From contig OX597815.1 of assembly GCA_951406725.2 (NCBI GenBank), positions 122,698,001-122,762,000 of the forward strand: a stretch of DNA of 64,000 bases. Direction: 5' to 3'. The DNA is from Octopus vulgaris. Its lineage: Eukaryota. Position 1 is the stretch's first letter; every line of letters starts with the position of its first letter. The position numbers were made by a program, and so were the translations under genes. Positions 39,342-52,479 of the stretch are shown piece after piece. A model generated the notes under the pieces. It was not told where the DNA came from. It saw only the letters and a program-made list of their open reading frames with translations, and searched no databases.

Positions 39342-39382
39342 GGATGGATGGATGGATGGATGGATGGATGGATAGACAGACA
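39241..39382. repeat. Compound (TA)n(GATA)n(GGAT)n microsatellite
   Basis: Directly visible. Confidence 0.95.
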
Positions 39383-40743
39383 GAGTGGTATGTATTGTTG
39401 TTAATGTTCTTCGTGAACACACATATTCTAGCCTAGTACCCGTCAAAATGGCGTTTATTTCTCGCTTTTCAGTAATTCTTAATCGTTTTGCTTAGTCTCG
39501 CTCCATTTTCTTTATATTTCGCGTCCATTAACACGTCTTTTCTGCAATTCACATCCAGTACACTGGCATAGACGATTTTTCATTGGCTCCAAAAATTTAG
39601 AGTTATATAGCACTGAGACAGCTTTGGTCGAGCATGGATAGTGAAAGCTTTTTCTCGGTGCTAACTGCCATTTTGTTTATCAATATGGCATAGCCTTAGC
39701 AAAATCAGAGCAGCTCGGAGTAGTGTGTGATTTCATGGAGTTTTGCCTGCTAATTCTAGCGTGTTGATCGATTATGTAATGGCGTAGCTTGAGAGTGTAC
39801 TGCCCGGAGCAGACCTCTTCGAACCCCCAAGCTTATACAGGTTTATACAGAAGGCCCAAAAGCGTCGCCCGGTTCAAGCCGTCCTCTCCATCAATGTTAC
39901 TGAGATTATACAGAGATCCTTTTATTTGTTGACATTTAGTCCCAGGTCAAGCCTGATGGAGCAGACCTTCGATAAACGGTATTCCAGTTATGAACATGTT
40001 ATATTATTTGTATATCAAGGAACTACATTTTCCAATGCATAAGACGTGTCGTTTGAAGGAAATCAGGTTGCTATTTCTAAATGGTTATAGCGACTGCACT
40101 GTCGCAACTCTCCTTGGATACAGGTTCTTTTTAATTGTTATTTAGTCGCAAATCATCCTTGTTGGAATAAATTTAAGATAAACAGCATTCGACCTACGAC
40201 TACCTTTGTCCTTTTACCACAGTGAACTACATCATGAAATGTTCCTTTTAAAACGGCAGTGCTAACATTTGCACTCCAGCGGCGTGTATGCCGTCCGAGG
40301 GAGACCTTGAATTTACCTTCCCATCCCGAGTCTCCACGACTATACAAACTTATAGAGCAGACCGAAAGGTGCCACCCCTACAAAAAGCGTCGTCCAGAGC
40401 AGACACACTCTCGCTACTCACTCCTAAGCTACGCTATTGTCCCACTCATATATACACCCTATTGTCTCCTCTCCCCCCGCCCCCTCGCAAAAAAAAAAAC
40501 GGAAAGAAAAACCGAGTGAATCGAGACACAGAGTGAAGGAGAGGAAGCACATTCGATACGACAATCGTCGGAACTGAAAGTCATTGCTGAATGTTGTGAC
40601 ATGTTTATATCAAAGTATGTCAGTCAGTAAAAGTAACAAACCATAAAAAGAAATGAGTAAGTGATCGAGTGAGTGTATGTATGTGTGATGTATGTATGTA
40701 TGCATACATGCGTATATTTGCATACATGCGTATGTATGTGTAC

Positions 40744-40778
<35 letters not shown>

Positions 40779-40909
40779 ATCCAAACATGAAAACACAACA
40801 ACGCGAGGATGTGGAACAAGTATAGTATTATTGGACGCTCAGGAAAGAAGGAGGTTTTAACGTTTCGAGCGGAGCTCTTCGTCAGAAATATAGGAAAAGG
40901 AAAGATCCA

Positions 40910-40965
<56 letters not shown>

Positions 40966-42464
40966 GTATGCATATTTGTATGTGTGTATTTATACATGTT
41001 CATATGTGTTTATGCATGTATATATGTTTGTACGTATGTGCATGTTATAGATTATTTTCACTTTACAGAATTTAAACCAGTGACTAAATGACAAAGCCCT
41101 TTCTTGCTTAAGTGATGAGTTTTGGGGTTTACCTGATTTGGTTGATATATGTATATATATGTGCGTATTGTGCGCATGTGTGTGCGTATGGATGTTTGCA
41201 CTCGGAGGTGTGCGTATCACAATAAAACACAACTGTGTATGTTTCTTTACAATTTATGTGTGTGCGTGTGTAAGTATTCCGTATGTATATGTGATTGTAT
41301 GCATATGTTCACCCAAGAATCTCAAATAGAGAAGCCCTCAAATGTTTTACAAATTTCCAGTCTTCCTTTAATCCAGAGGTCGGCGAACCGGGGTAAAAAT
41401 GAAATTCTAGGGGGAAATATGGTCTCATTAGACATAAGTAAAATTATATTTTAAAAAAAAACCGTGTTCCTTGTTGCGACAGAAACTTTTCTTCTGGCAA
41501 CACTGCACCTGTCCAATGTAATGAGCATGCTTAGGAGATGTCACGCTATTTTGGACTATAAACAATTTGGTTACTAAGGTGTTGTCTAGTGGTCAATCAA
41601 GATATTATTTGTTAGTTGTCTATTACCTGCCTTAACCTTATTTTTTCTTTTTTAGACTCATGTTTTTGCTTTGTTTGGGTAGATTTAAGTAGTTATTCGA
41701 TTCAACCCTTTAACAAAATTGCTCTGGCATCAAAATGCCCCAATTTTGATGCAATTGTAACACAAATGAAGCAACATCATTCTTTCAAAACCTGAAGTGA
41801 AAAAGTTCCTAGAAAAATCCTTTTGTTTCATAATGAGGATATTAATTTATTTTATCGAGTTTGTTTTAAACTTTTTATATTTATAATTGTATTCTCCATA
41901 TTAATTGATTCAATAAACCTTTTGAATACAAAGAATCAATAATTTTCGTCCTTTCGAATCAAGAAAGTAACTTCGGTGTAAATAAATGTACCTTTGGGTA
42001 ATTGGTCGAAAAGTTTCCCGACCCCCTGCTCTAATCCATTGTGTGTGGACAATACTTATCAATTTGCTTTGTTCTTTGGAGAAGACAAGCATTCTAGGAT
42101 TCTATGGAAATCAGTTGTTTGGTAGCCCAGGGCACCTTTGATAATACGAATGTTTGTATGTATGTATGCATGCGTGTATGTATGTATGTATGTATGTATG
42201 TATGTATGTATGTATGTATGTATGTATGTATGTATGTATGTATGCATGTGTGTCTTTTATCTTTTACTTGTTTCGGTCTTTAGACTGCGGCCATGCTGGG
42301 GCACAGCCTTGAGAAATTTTTAGTTGAATGAATCGACCCCAGTCCTTTTTTTAAGTCTGATACATATTTTTATCGATCTCTTTTGCCGAACCGCTAAGTT
42401 ACAGGGACGTAAACTCGTCAACACCAGTTGTCAAAAGGTGGTGAGGGACAAACACAGACGCAAA

Positions 42465-42504
<40 letters not shown>

Positions 42505-42703
42505 TATGTATGTATTACGACGGGCTTCTTTCAGTTTCCGTCTATCAAATCCACTCACAAGAGTTTGGTCAGCCCGAGGTTACAGTAAGCGATACTTGCC
42601 CAAGCTTCTTACCACACAGCCACGCCTGCGCCCATGCGTGTATTTGTGCGGTTGCTTGTATTATGAGTGTATGTATATAGATTATTGTGTTTGGAGTGGC
42701 TAT

Positions 42704-43083
42704 AGGCGTAAGAGTGGCTGTGTGGTAAGTAGCTTGCTTACCAACCACATGGTTCCGGGTTCAGTCCCACTGCGTGGCACCTTGGGCAATTGTCTTTTAC
42801 TATAGCCTCGGGCCAACCAAAGCCTTGTGAGTGGATTTGGTAAACGGAAACTGAAAGAAGCCCGTCGTATATATGTGTTTGTGTGGCTGTGTTTGTCCCC
42901 CCCCCCCCAACATCGCTTGACAACCGATGCTGGTGTGTTCACGTCCCCGTAACTTAGCGGTTCGGCAAAAGAGACAGATAGATTAGTTACAAGGCTTACA
43001 AAAAATAAGTCCATGGGTCGATTTGCTCAACTAAAGGCGGTACTCCAGCATGGCCACAGTCAAATAACTGAAGTAAAAGAGAG
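42704..43083 (+). mobile_element. tRNA-derived SINE family A (full copy)
   Basis: A-box TGGCTGTGTGG, B-box GGTTCAGTCCC. Other copies at ~12475-12805, 30650-30985, 42255-42630, 49670-49980, 54758-55175, 59215-59397, 60284-60440, 61400-61745, 62095-62380. Confidence 0.85.
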
Positions 43084-43527
43084 TATGTGAGATTGCATGG
43101 CGTGAGCATCTACTTTGTCTCCTACTCCAGCTATTTTATTTCTAACTGTTCCGTCTCTCAAAAGAACCACACATTGCTTTCACTTAGAAAACGAATAGTG
43201 ATGTCAATGATTCTGAATTTCGAGAAACAAGCGACATCAATTCCAGGGAATCGCTCCCTGCTCAGACAAAGAATTAATTGACTCAGAGTCAATCGATACA
43301 ACAGGAGCGGTCCCATTCTCATTCCTAATGTATCATTTGAAAGTACTGGAGGTCTCTTGTTGCTAACCATTAAAGGAGTGCCCTAGCAAAGAGATGTGAA
43401 ATGGTCTGAGATAACATTCACTCTGTTGCAGGTATTGGGGTTCTTCTTATCAGTTTCTTCGCAAAGTTATTTTGTAACTATAAATAATTACGTGCACAGC
43501 CATGTAACTGCGCGCGCACATGTGCGT

Positions 43528-43580
<53 letters not shown>

Positions 43581-43872
43581 GCGTGTGTGTGCGTGCGCGT
43601 GTTAGTGCTGAAGTGTAAATAGATACAGTAAGCAAAACTAGACCAATTGGGAGATTTGGGAAAGAATTATTGATGTATGTAGTGTCATCAAACCAAGAGC
43701 TTCTTCTGCGAAGCCATGATGAGTCCGTTTCTACAACCAACAACATGAATTACATAGAATTTATTAAGTTGGATTGATGCATAATTTATTAAGTTGGATT
43801 GATGCATTATTATTGCGGCTTTTTGTCCACAAATTTTATTCAACAACAATAATAACATGTAACAAAAACATA

Positions 43873-44444
43873 AGATGGTGGCGTTCCAAATGAGACACCT
43901 ACTTCTAACCCAGGGACAGAGAATAAGACCATCTGGTCTATTTCCATCACTCCTCGATAACCCTTCGGCTCCAGAACTGAGGGGGTATTAATGCTAGCCA
44001 GGGCCTGCTTAATGATTAGGTTTAGCTCGGTGTGACGAGCGAAGCGACTAACATTTAAGCAACAAGGCAGACCATGTGGGGCCTACCACAGCGGCATCTC
44101 AGTTCCCTACAGACGTCAGCTCCCACTCTAAATGCGATGGAGATGCGGAGTTCATCTACACTGAGTAGACCTCCAATGTTGGCCACAGGCAGGGCATCAA
44201 TCCAGTTCCCTGAGAATTTTGCACTAGCTGAAAGTAGGCGACACTTTGAAAATTGACAAAATTGATCAAGGAGAAAGTTAAGAGTGGCACCTGAACGTAG
44301 ATTGTCTCCGTCTATCCTCCACTGTAACCGGAACTGACAAACCCACCTCTCTCTACTGTGATAGAGCTTCATCCATCTCCCTGTTGGAATTAGTCCATGT
44401 TGGAGAGGAGAGGATGTTGCCTAACAAAGGGGGGCAAACGTGGG
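43873..44444 (-). mobile_element. CRE-clade retrotransposon, continuation (Zn finger and REL endonuclease start)
   Basis: SGNWIDALP..., FRVGADVC...CRCG, RFARHTELN, SVLEP, RPDG...PW; resumes the ORF interrupted by the RTE insertion. Confidence 0.78.
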
Positions 44445-44445
44445 T

Positions 44446-46158
44446 CATCATCATCACCATTATCATCGTTTAACGTCCGTTTTCCATACTGACATGAATT
44501 GAACAGTTTGACTGAGGACTGACAAGCCAATAGGCTGCACCAAGTCCAATCTGATATGACTAGATGCCTATATCTGGATGCCCTTCCTAACGCCAACCAC
44601 TCCGAGAGTGTAGTAGGTGCCTTTTACGTGCCACAAGCACGGGAGCCAGTCAGGTGGCACTGGAATCGACCACGTTCGGCTGATACTTTTTATGCGCCAC
44701 CGGCACGGTGAGCCAGTCAGGCGTCACTGGCATCGACCCACGCTTGAATGGTGCTTATTACGTGCCGCCAACACGGGTGCCAGTCAGGCGGCACTAGCAT
44801 CAGCCACAACTACGATTCGATTGAAGGGTATTTTTAAATGGACTGGTTATGCGACATTGGTATCGGTCACAGCTGTGATCTCATTTTACTTGTCGGGTCT
44901 TCTCAATCACAGCATATCTCCAAAGGTCTCAGTCTCTTGTCATTGCCTCTGTAAGGCCCAAAGTTCGAAGGTCGTGCTTCACCACTTCATCTCATGTCTT
45001 CCTGGATCTCCCTCTTCGACGGGTTTCTTCCACTGTTAGGGTGTGACACTTCTTCAAACAGTTCTCTTCATCCATACGCACCACATGACCATACCAGCAC
45101 AGTCGTCTCTCTTGCACACCACATCTGATACTTCTTATGTCAAACATTTCTCTCAGGGCGCTTTTACTCTGTCGTGCATGCATACTGACATTACACATCC
45201 AGTGGATCATACAAGCTTCATTTTTTTCAAGCTTACGTATGTCCTCAACAGTCATGGCACGTGTTTCAATGCTGTGTATCATGGCTATTTGCACACATGC
45301 ATCACTCTGAGCGAGAGACCCTTTGTTACTAGCAGAGGTAAAAGTTTTCTGAACTTTGCCCAGGCTATTCTTATTCTAGTGGCAACGCACTCAGAGCATC
45401 CACCCCCACTACAGACTTGGTCACCTAGGTAGCGGAAGCTATCAACTACTTCTAGTTTCTCCCCTTGGCATGTGATGGTGTCTGTTTTCTGTACATCTTC
45501 GGTGTTTATTGCCCCTGTGCATCTGCCACACACAAAAACTATCTTCCCGGTTAACTTTCTTTTGATATTGCTGCACTTCTTACGTGTCCATAGCTTACAC
45601 CAGGTACATCTTATTGAGTTTCTACCTACGCTTTTTCTACAGATCGAGTAGGGCCATCTACCTGAAGGGGTTTCTGATTTGTTCGCCTTCCTACTTACTA
45701 GGACTTCGGTTTTTGCTAGATTGACTCTAAGACTCTTTGATTCTAGATCTTGTTTCCACACTTGAAACTTCATCTCTAGTTCTGGTAGAGTATCAGCTAT
45801 TAGAACAAGGTCATTAGCATAGAGGAGCTCCCAAGGGCAGCCTGTCTTGAATTCCTCTGTTATTGCCTGGAGGACTATGATGAATAAGAGGGGGTTGAGG
45901 ACTGATGTTTCAGATTAATAGGTTGCTTGCATGACAGAACTCCAGTAGCGTAGTTCCCTCTTCGTTTCGGGAACTAATTCTATGGCCCCCATGAACACCG
46001 TGGAAGATACCAAATTGCCGTCTGACTTGTCCATTAAAATCTCCAGCCACAAAGATGAGGTCATTGTCACTCGTCGTTAAGGTAGCCTGTAGAAGTACAT
46101 CATAAAAGTGGTCCTTCTGTTCATTTGATAGGCCCGCTTGATAGGCAGAGATAATTGT
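44446..46158 (-). mobile_element. RTE-clade LINE, truncated and internally deleted, inserted in the CRE element
   Basis: APE relic IISAY...GDFNG (46158-45913) joined directly to RT SVLNPLLF...LLYAND...FRYLG...RRLCWYGHV; 3' UTR with GGCGTTAGGAAGGGCATCC motif and (GAT)n tail. Confidence 0.88.
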
Positions 46159-46159
46159 A

Positions 46160-48320
46160 GGCGGAAGAAAGAGAGAAGAGATAAAGACGAGCACTGGCGC
46201 AGACCTAGACCCCCAAACCGTTTGGGCAAAGCAGCTTGATTGCGGAAGTTTGACATTCGAATTTCCTGAAGATCAGGTCGTCAACGTATAGGAGGGACGA
46301 CAGGAATCTGTAAGTGGGACTAACTCTCAGAAAATACAATAGCTTAGGAATTGACAAGTAATTCCTAAGTATAAAAAACCTTGTTGGGGCTCAATTACTT
46401 CAAGGTTTTTTAAAAGTTGTTCGAGGTTAGTGATTTAGGATCTAAAGAGGGACTCGAAATCTAGGTCAGTAATTGGGGCTCCAAGGGAACACCACGCTGA
46501 TGGAAGAGAAATTGTGATTGAGGGGAAGGAGTCAACAAATAGTTTAGTAGTCTGTTCATGCGAAGCTGGGCAGTTGAGGAGTTAGAGCTCGCATTTGGAG
46601 CTGTTAACGCTAAGACCTCTACGACCAAGTTCCTCGACCATCGTCCTCGCAGTTGCAAGCACGTTGTTAGGAGGGCCTTCCAAACAAGCACCATCGAGGT
46701 ACCAGACATTTAGAATTAGGTCGGCTCCCATCTTGGTAACATCATCAGTACTCAGTGCGAATAGGGCAGGACCAAGTGGATCGCCCTGATGGACTCCAGA
46801 GGTAGATAGGATGAAGTGGTCACCAAACGAGAGGTAGGAGGGGTCCTGTTAGGCTAACCAAGCAATGTGATAAAGTGGTAGGGAATTATCCCTTACTGCG
46901 CGGGGGATAGAATTAAATGCATTAAGGTCATTTTGAGGATGACCTTTGGGGACTCAGAGGGCAAGTTGGTGAAAGCCCTGGTGGCTTGAGCAGCAGCCTC
47001 ACAACCTAGCTTAGTACCCACTCCTAGCTGAATAGGGAATAATTTTTCGGTCAAGCACACTTTTGTTGTGAGCCGTCGCAGAGTACAGGGGGCGAATGTA
47101 GGCAAGGACACTCTCGGACGAAAACAAGTTTATAAAGTCTGTTTGGTTCTCCCAAAGTTCGAGCCCAGCATTACCAGCTGACAGGGAGATACCATCCTTG
47201 AGATGATGAGTTCGTAAGCCATCGATCCCAGCGCCAGAACCTGCTGGAAAAGAGACAATTGCCCTCCTGACATTGTCAGGGGTGAAGATGGGTTGTAGAA
47301 GACCTGGTGGGTCGAGCCAGTGTAGGTGATCATCTGGAGGGGCCGGAGGATGTTTCTCCTTCAGTTGGTTGAGGGAATCTGTGGTATATGGGACGAGAAG
47401 AACAGAGAGGAAAGAAGGCGAACAACCCCTTTAATGTAAAATCCGCTGAATTTGGCATCAACAGTCTTCTTTAATTAGGTCGTCGACCACTGTTCGGGGT
47501 TGAGCTGATAATCAGCCTGAGATGAATAAAGGTCGAGGTAAATTCGAACAGCTGGAACTGCCGTTTCAGAGAAGAAGTGAGGGATCTACTATTCCCATTC
47601 ATCACGTGGAGGAAGAACAAAAGGGACAGAAACAGTTTCTGCCAATCTGAGGTGTTGTTGGATAGGCAGACGTTCTTCAGCAGTTTCGAGAGAACACGGG
47701 CGAAACAAGTCCGAGCACCCTTAGGGATCCAATTGACAAGCTTCAGCTTGAACAAACCCTGGAGGGCGGCGGCAAAATCTTCAACAGGAATAGGACTTCG
47801 GAGCGAGGTTCTGTCCCACTAAGGATGTCAGAGCTTGAAGTAACATCGGTTGCCTGTCTAGTTAGAAAAACTTTCAGCTTGAACCTTAGTAAAGCCGACG
47901 CAGCTCCTGAGTGAACAACATTAACTCTGGTGGTGGGACTTGAGTAGGGTACAGGAGGCGAGGCAGACAGGCTAGCTGTAACGAGAGTGGGGGTGAATAA
48001 GGGGAGGTGGAGGAAGATTAGCGATGGAGGTAGAGAAGGGAGCTGGATGAAGAGCGTTAATACTGGCGGTTGGGTTTGGCTGGGGGGCAGGAGGCGATGG
48101 CGGTAGGCTGGCTATTACGAGAGTTGTGGGGGTGAATAAAGGGATGAGCAGGACTAATAACGGCCAAATCTGACGATGGAAGGGGTTCAGGAGAGATAGG
48201 GGTATGAGTTAACTCCACTGGAATGTGATGGAGAAGGTGGGAAACGAGAGGACGAAGGCTGGTAGGGTGTGACGAAATTGTTTAACCATGCTGGTCTCCT
48301 GGTGACTCGTCGCATGGCTC
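46160..48320 (-). mobile_element. CRE-clade non-LTR retrotransposon, 5' part (decayed ORF with RT)
   Basis: Motifs IPKGAR, LKEKHPP, FPAGSGAGIDGLR, QLGVGTKLGCEAAAQATR, NAFNS, GVHQGDPLGPALF, IPKLLYFLR, GLGLR; several frameshifts; Pro-rich N-terminal region. Confidence 0.8.
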
Positions 48321-48765
48321 AAAAATTTTTAATTAATTTTACTTTGTTTTTCCTTCCCGCCAACAAACCACCAATGCAAAGCCCAGCCAGGCCATCATGT
48401 AGAAGTGCGATAACAGAAAAGTGGGGTCATTAAAACACCGAAGAGGAAAAATGAAACAGAATTTGAGGTGTACCAAAATTAAACAGCAGAAAAGGTAGAG
48501 AAAAAAGTAAACACAAAGATACAAAAAGTAACAAAAGAGAATTGCAAAGGTTAAAAAAAAGAAAGGAAAAAGATCCCGCCAAAATTGTTTTGCTTTTTTT
48601 CTTCTGTTTGTGTGATAGTGTTGGATAAAATAATTAACATCTCCGATAGAGAGTGTTTTCAACAATTTAATCATTACTTAATATTTTTAAGAAGATGGAT
48701 CTTGATTTTGAATATATTATCACGGTTAAACTTTGTATTAGCGATAAATCATTTTTTATTTAGGT

Positions 48766-49073
48766 CAGGGCTGACCAACCTGATACCTGCGGGCTGCATG
48801 CGGCCCGCTTGATACTTTCTTGAAATGGGTTTATTTAGACAAACATTAAAAACATTTTATCAAAAATTAAAGATTGCAATGAAAAGTGGAAAAGAAGATA
48901 CTACTGTTTTTGCAACGATAATATTTCATGTTGAATCAATGATTATTCATTCATTATTGTAATAATAGCATGAGAAAGCAAAATGCATTCAATTCTGTCA
49001 GTATACAAACGGCCCTCAAAAAACTTCCTTTGATTAAAGTGGCTCGCAATGTAATTCGAGTTGGCCAGGCCTG
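48766..49073. mobile_element. hAT-like MITE
   Basis: TIRs CAGGGCTGACCAAC / GTTGGCCAGGCCTG; subterminal GCGGGC/CGGCCC motifs. Confidence 0.65.
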
Positions 49074-50122
49074 TAGGTAGAGGGGTCAACAATTAAGAGG
49101 AAGGGAAGAGTTTGGTTGATACTCTTGATTCCAGTACTTGACTGATACTTCATTTTATTGACCCAGAAAAAAATGAAAAGCAAAAATTTGAATTCAGAAC
49201 ACAAAGAATCGGAACACATGGCGCAAAGTATTTGAAATACATTTTTGACACAGAAATGTATAGAAAATAAGTTCTCCCATATAAATTTAGGGTCAATAAA
49301 ACAATGGAAGTAATAGATTTCTATATGTTATCTAAATATAGTTTGTCTTTTATTTGTTTCAGTCATTAGACTGCAGCCATGCTGAAACACCGTTTTGAAT
49401 AGTTTTTTTTTAGTTGAATGAATCGACCTCCACTATTTTTTTAAGCTGTGGAGGGATCACACACACAGACCTATTTTACTTTTTACACATTAACTTGTGC
49501 AGATTGAACTATGTAAAACATTCAAGAAAGACATCTGGCCTTTTCTTGCAATAAATACATCTAATGCAAATTTTTTACATAAGCTCTTATTATACTAGTG
49601 GTCTTCAATTTATTTTGCTTGCATGGACCACTAAAATCTTATATGGACCCCAGTTGAGAACCACTGGTTTAGTGGAGCAAATCAACTTCAGTACTTACTT
49701 TTTAGGTTTGGAACTTATTCTATTTGTAACTGTTGCCGAACCGCTAAGTAACGACAACGTAAACAAACCGACGGCAGATGTCAAGCGGAGTTGGTGGGAA
49801 CAAACACGAATACACACACAAACACAATGGTCTTCCATATAGTTTCTACCTATCAAAGTCGCTCGCAAGGTATTGGTCGGTCCAAGGCTATAGTAGAAAA
49901 CACTTGTTAAAGTTGCCGTGCAGTGGGGCTGAACCCGAAACCACTAGGTTACAAACGAGCTTCCTAACCACATTCATGCCGAATTGTATTCATAGTTTTG
50001 TTATTTTTTAAACTTCTTTATGAAGATACCAGCCATTACTAACTTCCCAAATTATGCACACAAGTAAATTTTTGTTTGATTGACAATTTGCCACACGAAC
50101 AGCAGGGAAGGGAGGTAATATA

Positions 50123-50860
50123 CGAGGTGCTGTCAAAGAGTATCACGTTTTATTTTCCCCCTTCAAAAACTAATGCTGCATAGGCAAAATCCTTTGGGTG
50201 GGGGATGATAATACTCCTCTTGTGCATGTGTGAAAATTTTCGCACTGGTAGACCGCGTCAGTTTCCGGTTATTAAGGTTATAGTACAAACGTGTAGTTCA
50301 CGCTCGTCAGATTTTCGTTTTCATGCAAGATTACCAAACGCGTCGAGCAGAAATATTGCATCAAGTTTTGCCAAAAGCTTGGTGATAATCAAGCTCAAAC
50401 CATCCTGAAGATTCAGCAGGCATTTGGCAATGATACCTTACATGGAACTCAAATCAAGGAGTGGTACAATGGCTTAAAACATGGCCACACGTCAGTGGAG
50501 GCCGAGGGACACTTAGGCAGGCTAACCACAAACGGAAACGAGGAGGCAATAAAGAATATTCGGCGAATAGTCATGGAAGACTGACGTGTAACAATACAGG
50601 AAATTGCTCATGAAGTGGAAATAAGCACAGGATCAGTACATTTTAATGGAGGATGTGTGCATGCAGAGAGTGTTGTCGAAATTTACCCCCAAGGTGCTGG
50701 CAGAGCAGCAGAAGCAACTCCTCATAAAAATCGTTCAGGACATGCTGGACTGTGCAAACCACGACACAGACTTCATGAAGACTACCGGCACTGGTGGTGA
50801 GGCATGGGTTTATGGTCTGTGCCTGATGTGTTTGGTAATCTTGCATTAAAATGAGTGTGC
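50123..50860 (+). mobile_element. Mariner transposase pseudogene (5' half)
   Basis: TA|CGAGGTG terminus; VEQKYCIKFCQKLG...IKEWY, KFTPKVL, TGGEAWVYG. Confidence 0.85.
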
Positions 50861-50869
50861 ACCATGCAT

Positions 50870-51447
50870 CTGTACTCTGGGGACATAACAGCTAGATACT
50901 GATGCAGCCAACTGGCATGAAAACAGGTGTTGGGCAATGATAATATTGTGACCCCCTTTAGTCATGAATGACCATGAGATTGCACCTAGAAAGTTACCCT
51001 CCGGGGCACAAGTCTGGGCAAGGTTGTTTATGGAATACCAGCAGTCGCCCACACATACCAGCCTCCCCTCTCCACGCCACCGATGTTATGCAAGGGAAAG
51101 GCAAAGGCTGATACAGCTTGGCACCAGTGACGTCGCAGCTCATTTATTAACATGCAAGTGGCTGAGCACTCCACAGACACGTGTACCCTTAACATAGTTC
51201 TCGGGGAGATTCAGTGTGACACAGAGTGTGACAAGGCTGGCCCTTTGAAATACAGGTACAACAGAAAGAGTGAGAGAGTGTTGTGGTGAAAGAGTACAGC
51301 AGGGTTCACCACCACCCCTTGCCAGAGCCTCGTGAAGCTTTAGGTGTTTCCGCTCAATAAACACTCACAATGTCCAGTCTTGGAATCGAAACCACAATCC
51401 TATGACCATGAGTCCACTGCCCTAGCCACTGAGCCATTGCGCCTCCA
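50870..51447 (-). mobile_element. tRNA-derived SINE family C
   Basis: Head GGAGGCGCAATGGCTCAGTGG...GGTTTCGATTCC (A/B boxes) followed by a non-tRNA body. Confidence 0.65.
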
Positions 51448-51460
51448 CACAAAGATAATA

Positions 51461-51526
<66 letters not shown>

Positions 51527-52479
51527 TGTATGTGTGTGTGTGTTTGTGTGAACCCTTGTCTTAACATCACATAATGATTGTAAACAAGTGTCACTATCAA
51601 ACAAGTGATATTGTTTGTTTCCAGTTTTCTGTGAAAAACATGCCTGGCCACATAAAATTTCCATGAGGAAATATTCCATTACTTGGAAATCTGTAAGTGT
51701 TGGCAACAGGAAGGTCATCTGGCTGTAGAAAATCTGCCTCAACAAATTCTATGTCACCTATGCATGCATGGAAAAGTTGCTGGGAAATGATAATGATGAA
51801 TGAGAACTAATCTGATTGATTGTTTCAAAGTTTATGAACACGTATTTAGCATGGTATTTGAATATATTTAATCAAAGAATTTAAATGTAATATCATGATA
51901 AACCATTTTCTACAATCACAACAACAAAAACAATGACAACATCAACAATAATAACAGGCTTTGAAATGTGAATAAGTAAATAAACAAAACTGAATACATA
52001 ACACTTTTGCTTATGATATTAGCTTATAGAATGGATGATGCAGTGGTAAGTAGTCACCTATGTAAAACTAGTACTCAGAACTAAATTATTCTAGCCTGAT
52101 ATTGCCTGTATGTACCTTAAAAATGGTAAAGAGGAAAGGAGGCATTGATTCATAGCAAAGGTTCATTGAAAAGTGTTAGCAAAAGAAAAAGAGATGATAG
52201 TTAAAAGGAACTTTGAGAAGAACTGCTGTAGATGAAATAAATAAGTATTCTGTCTTGAATTCTAAAAAAAAATATATATATATATATTCTCACTATATCT
52301 GATACTTAAAAATAACAATGCATTAGAAACAATGTTATGAAAATATTTACTGAGTTAGTTAACGTTAAACATAACTGAAATAGAAGTTGAAGAAATAGCT
52401 TTGCATAGTAAACACAGGTTTCTTCCTGTGGCAAAAAATTCAGATTTATATTTTTGTATAAGATAGTCAGAAGAGAAGC

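Noticed and set aside
43190-43280. Plus-strand exon after ttcacttag
   Set aside because: Reading frame stops within ~30 codons, no convincing donor, no recognisable homology
51370-51447. tRNA gene
   Set aside because: Has A/B boxes but no complete cloverleaf and continues into a SINE body
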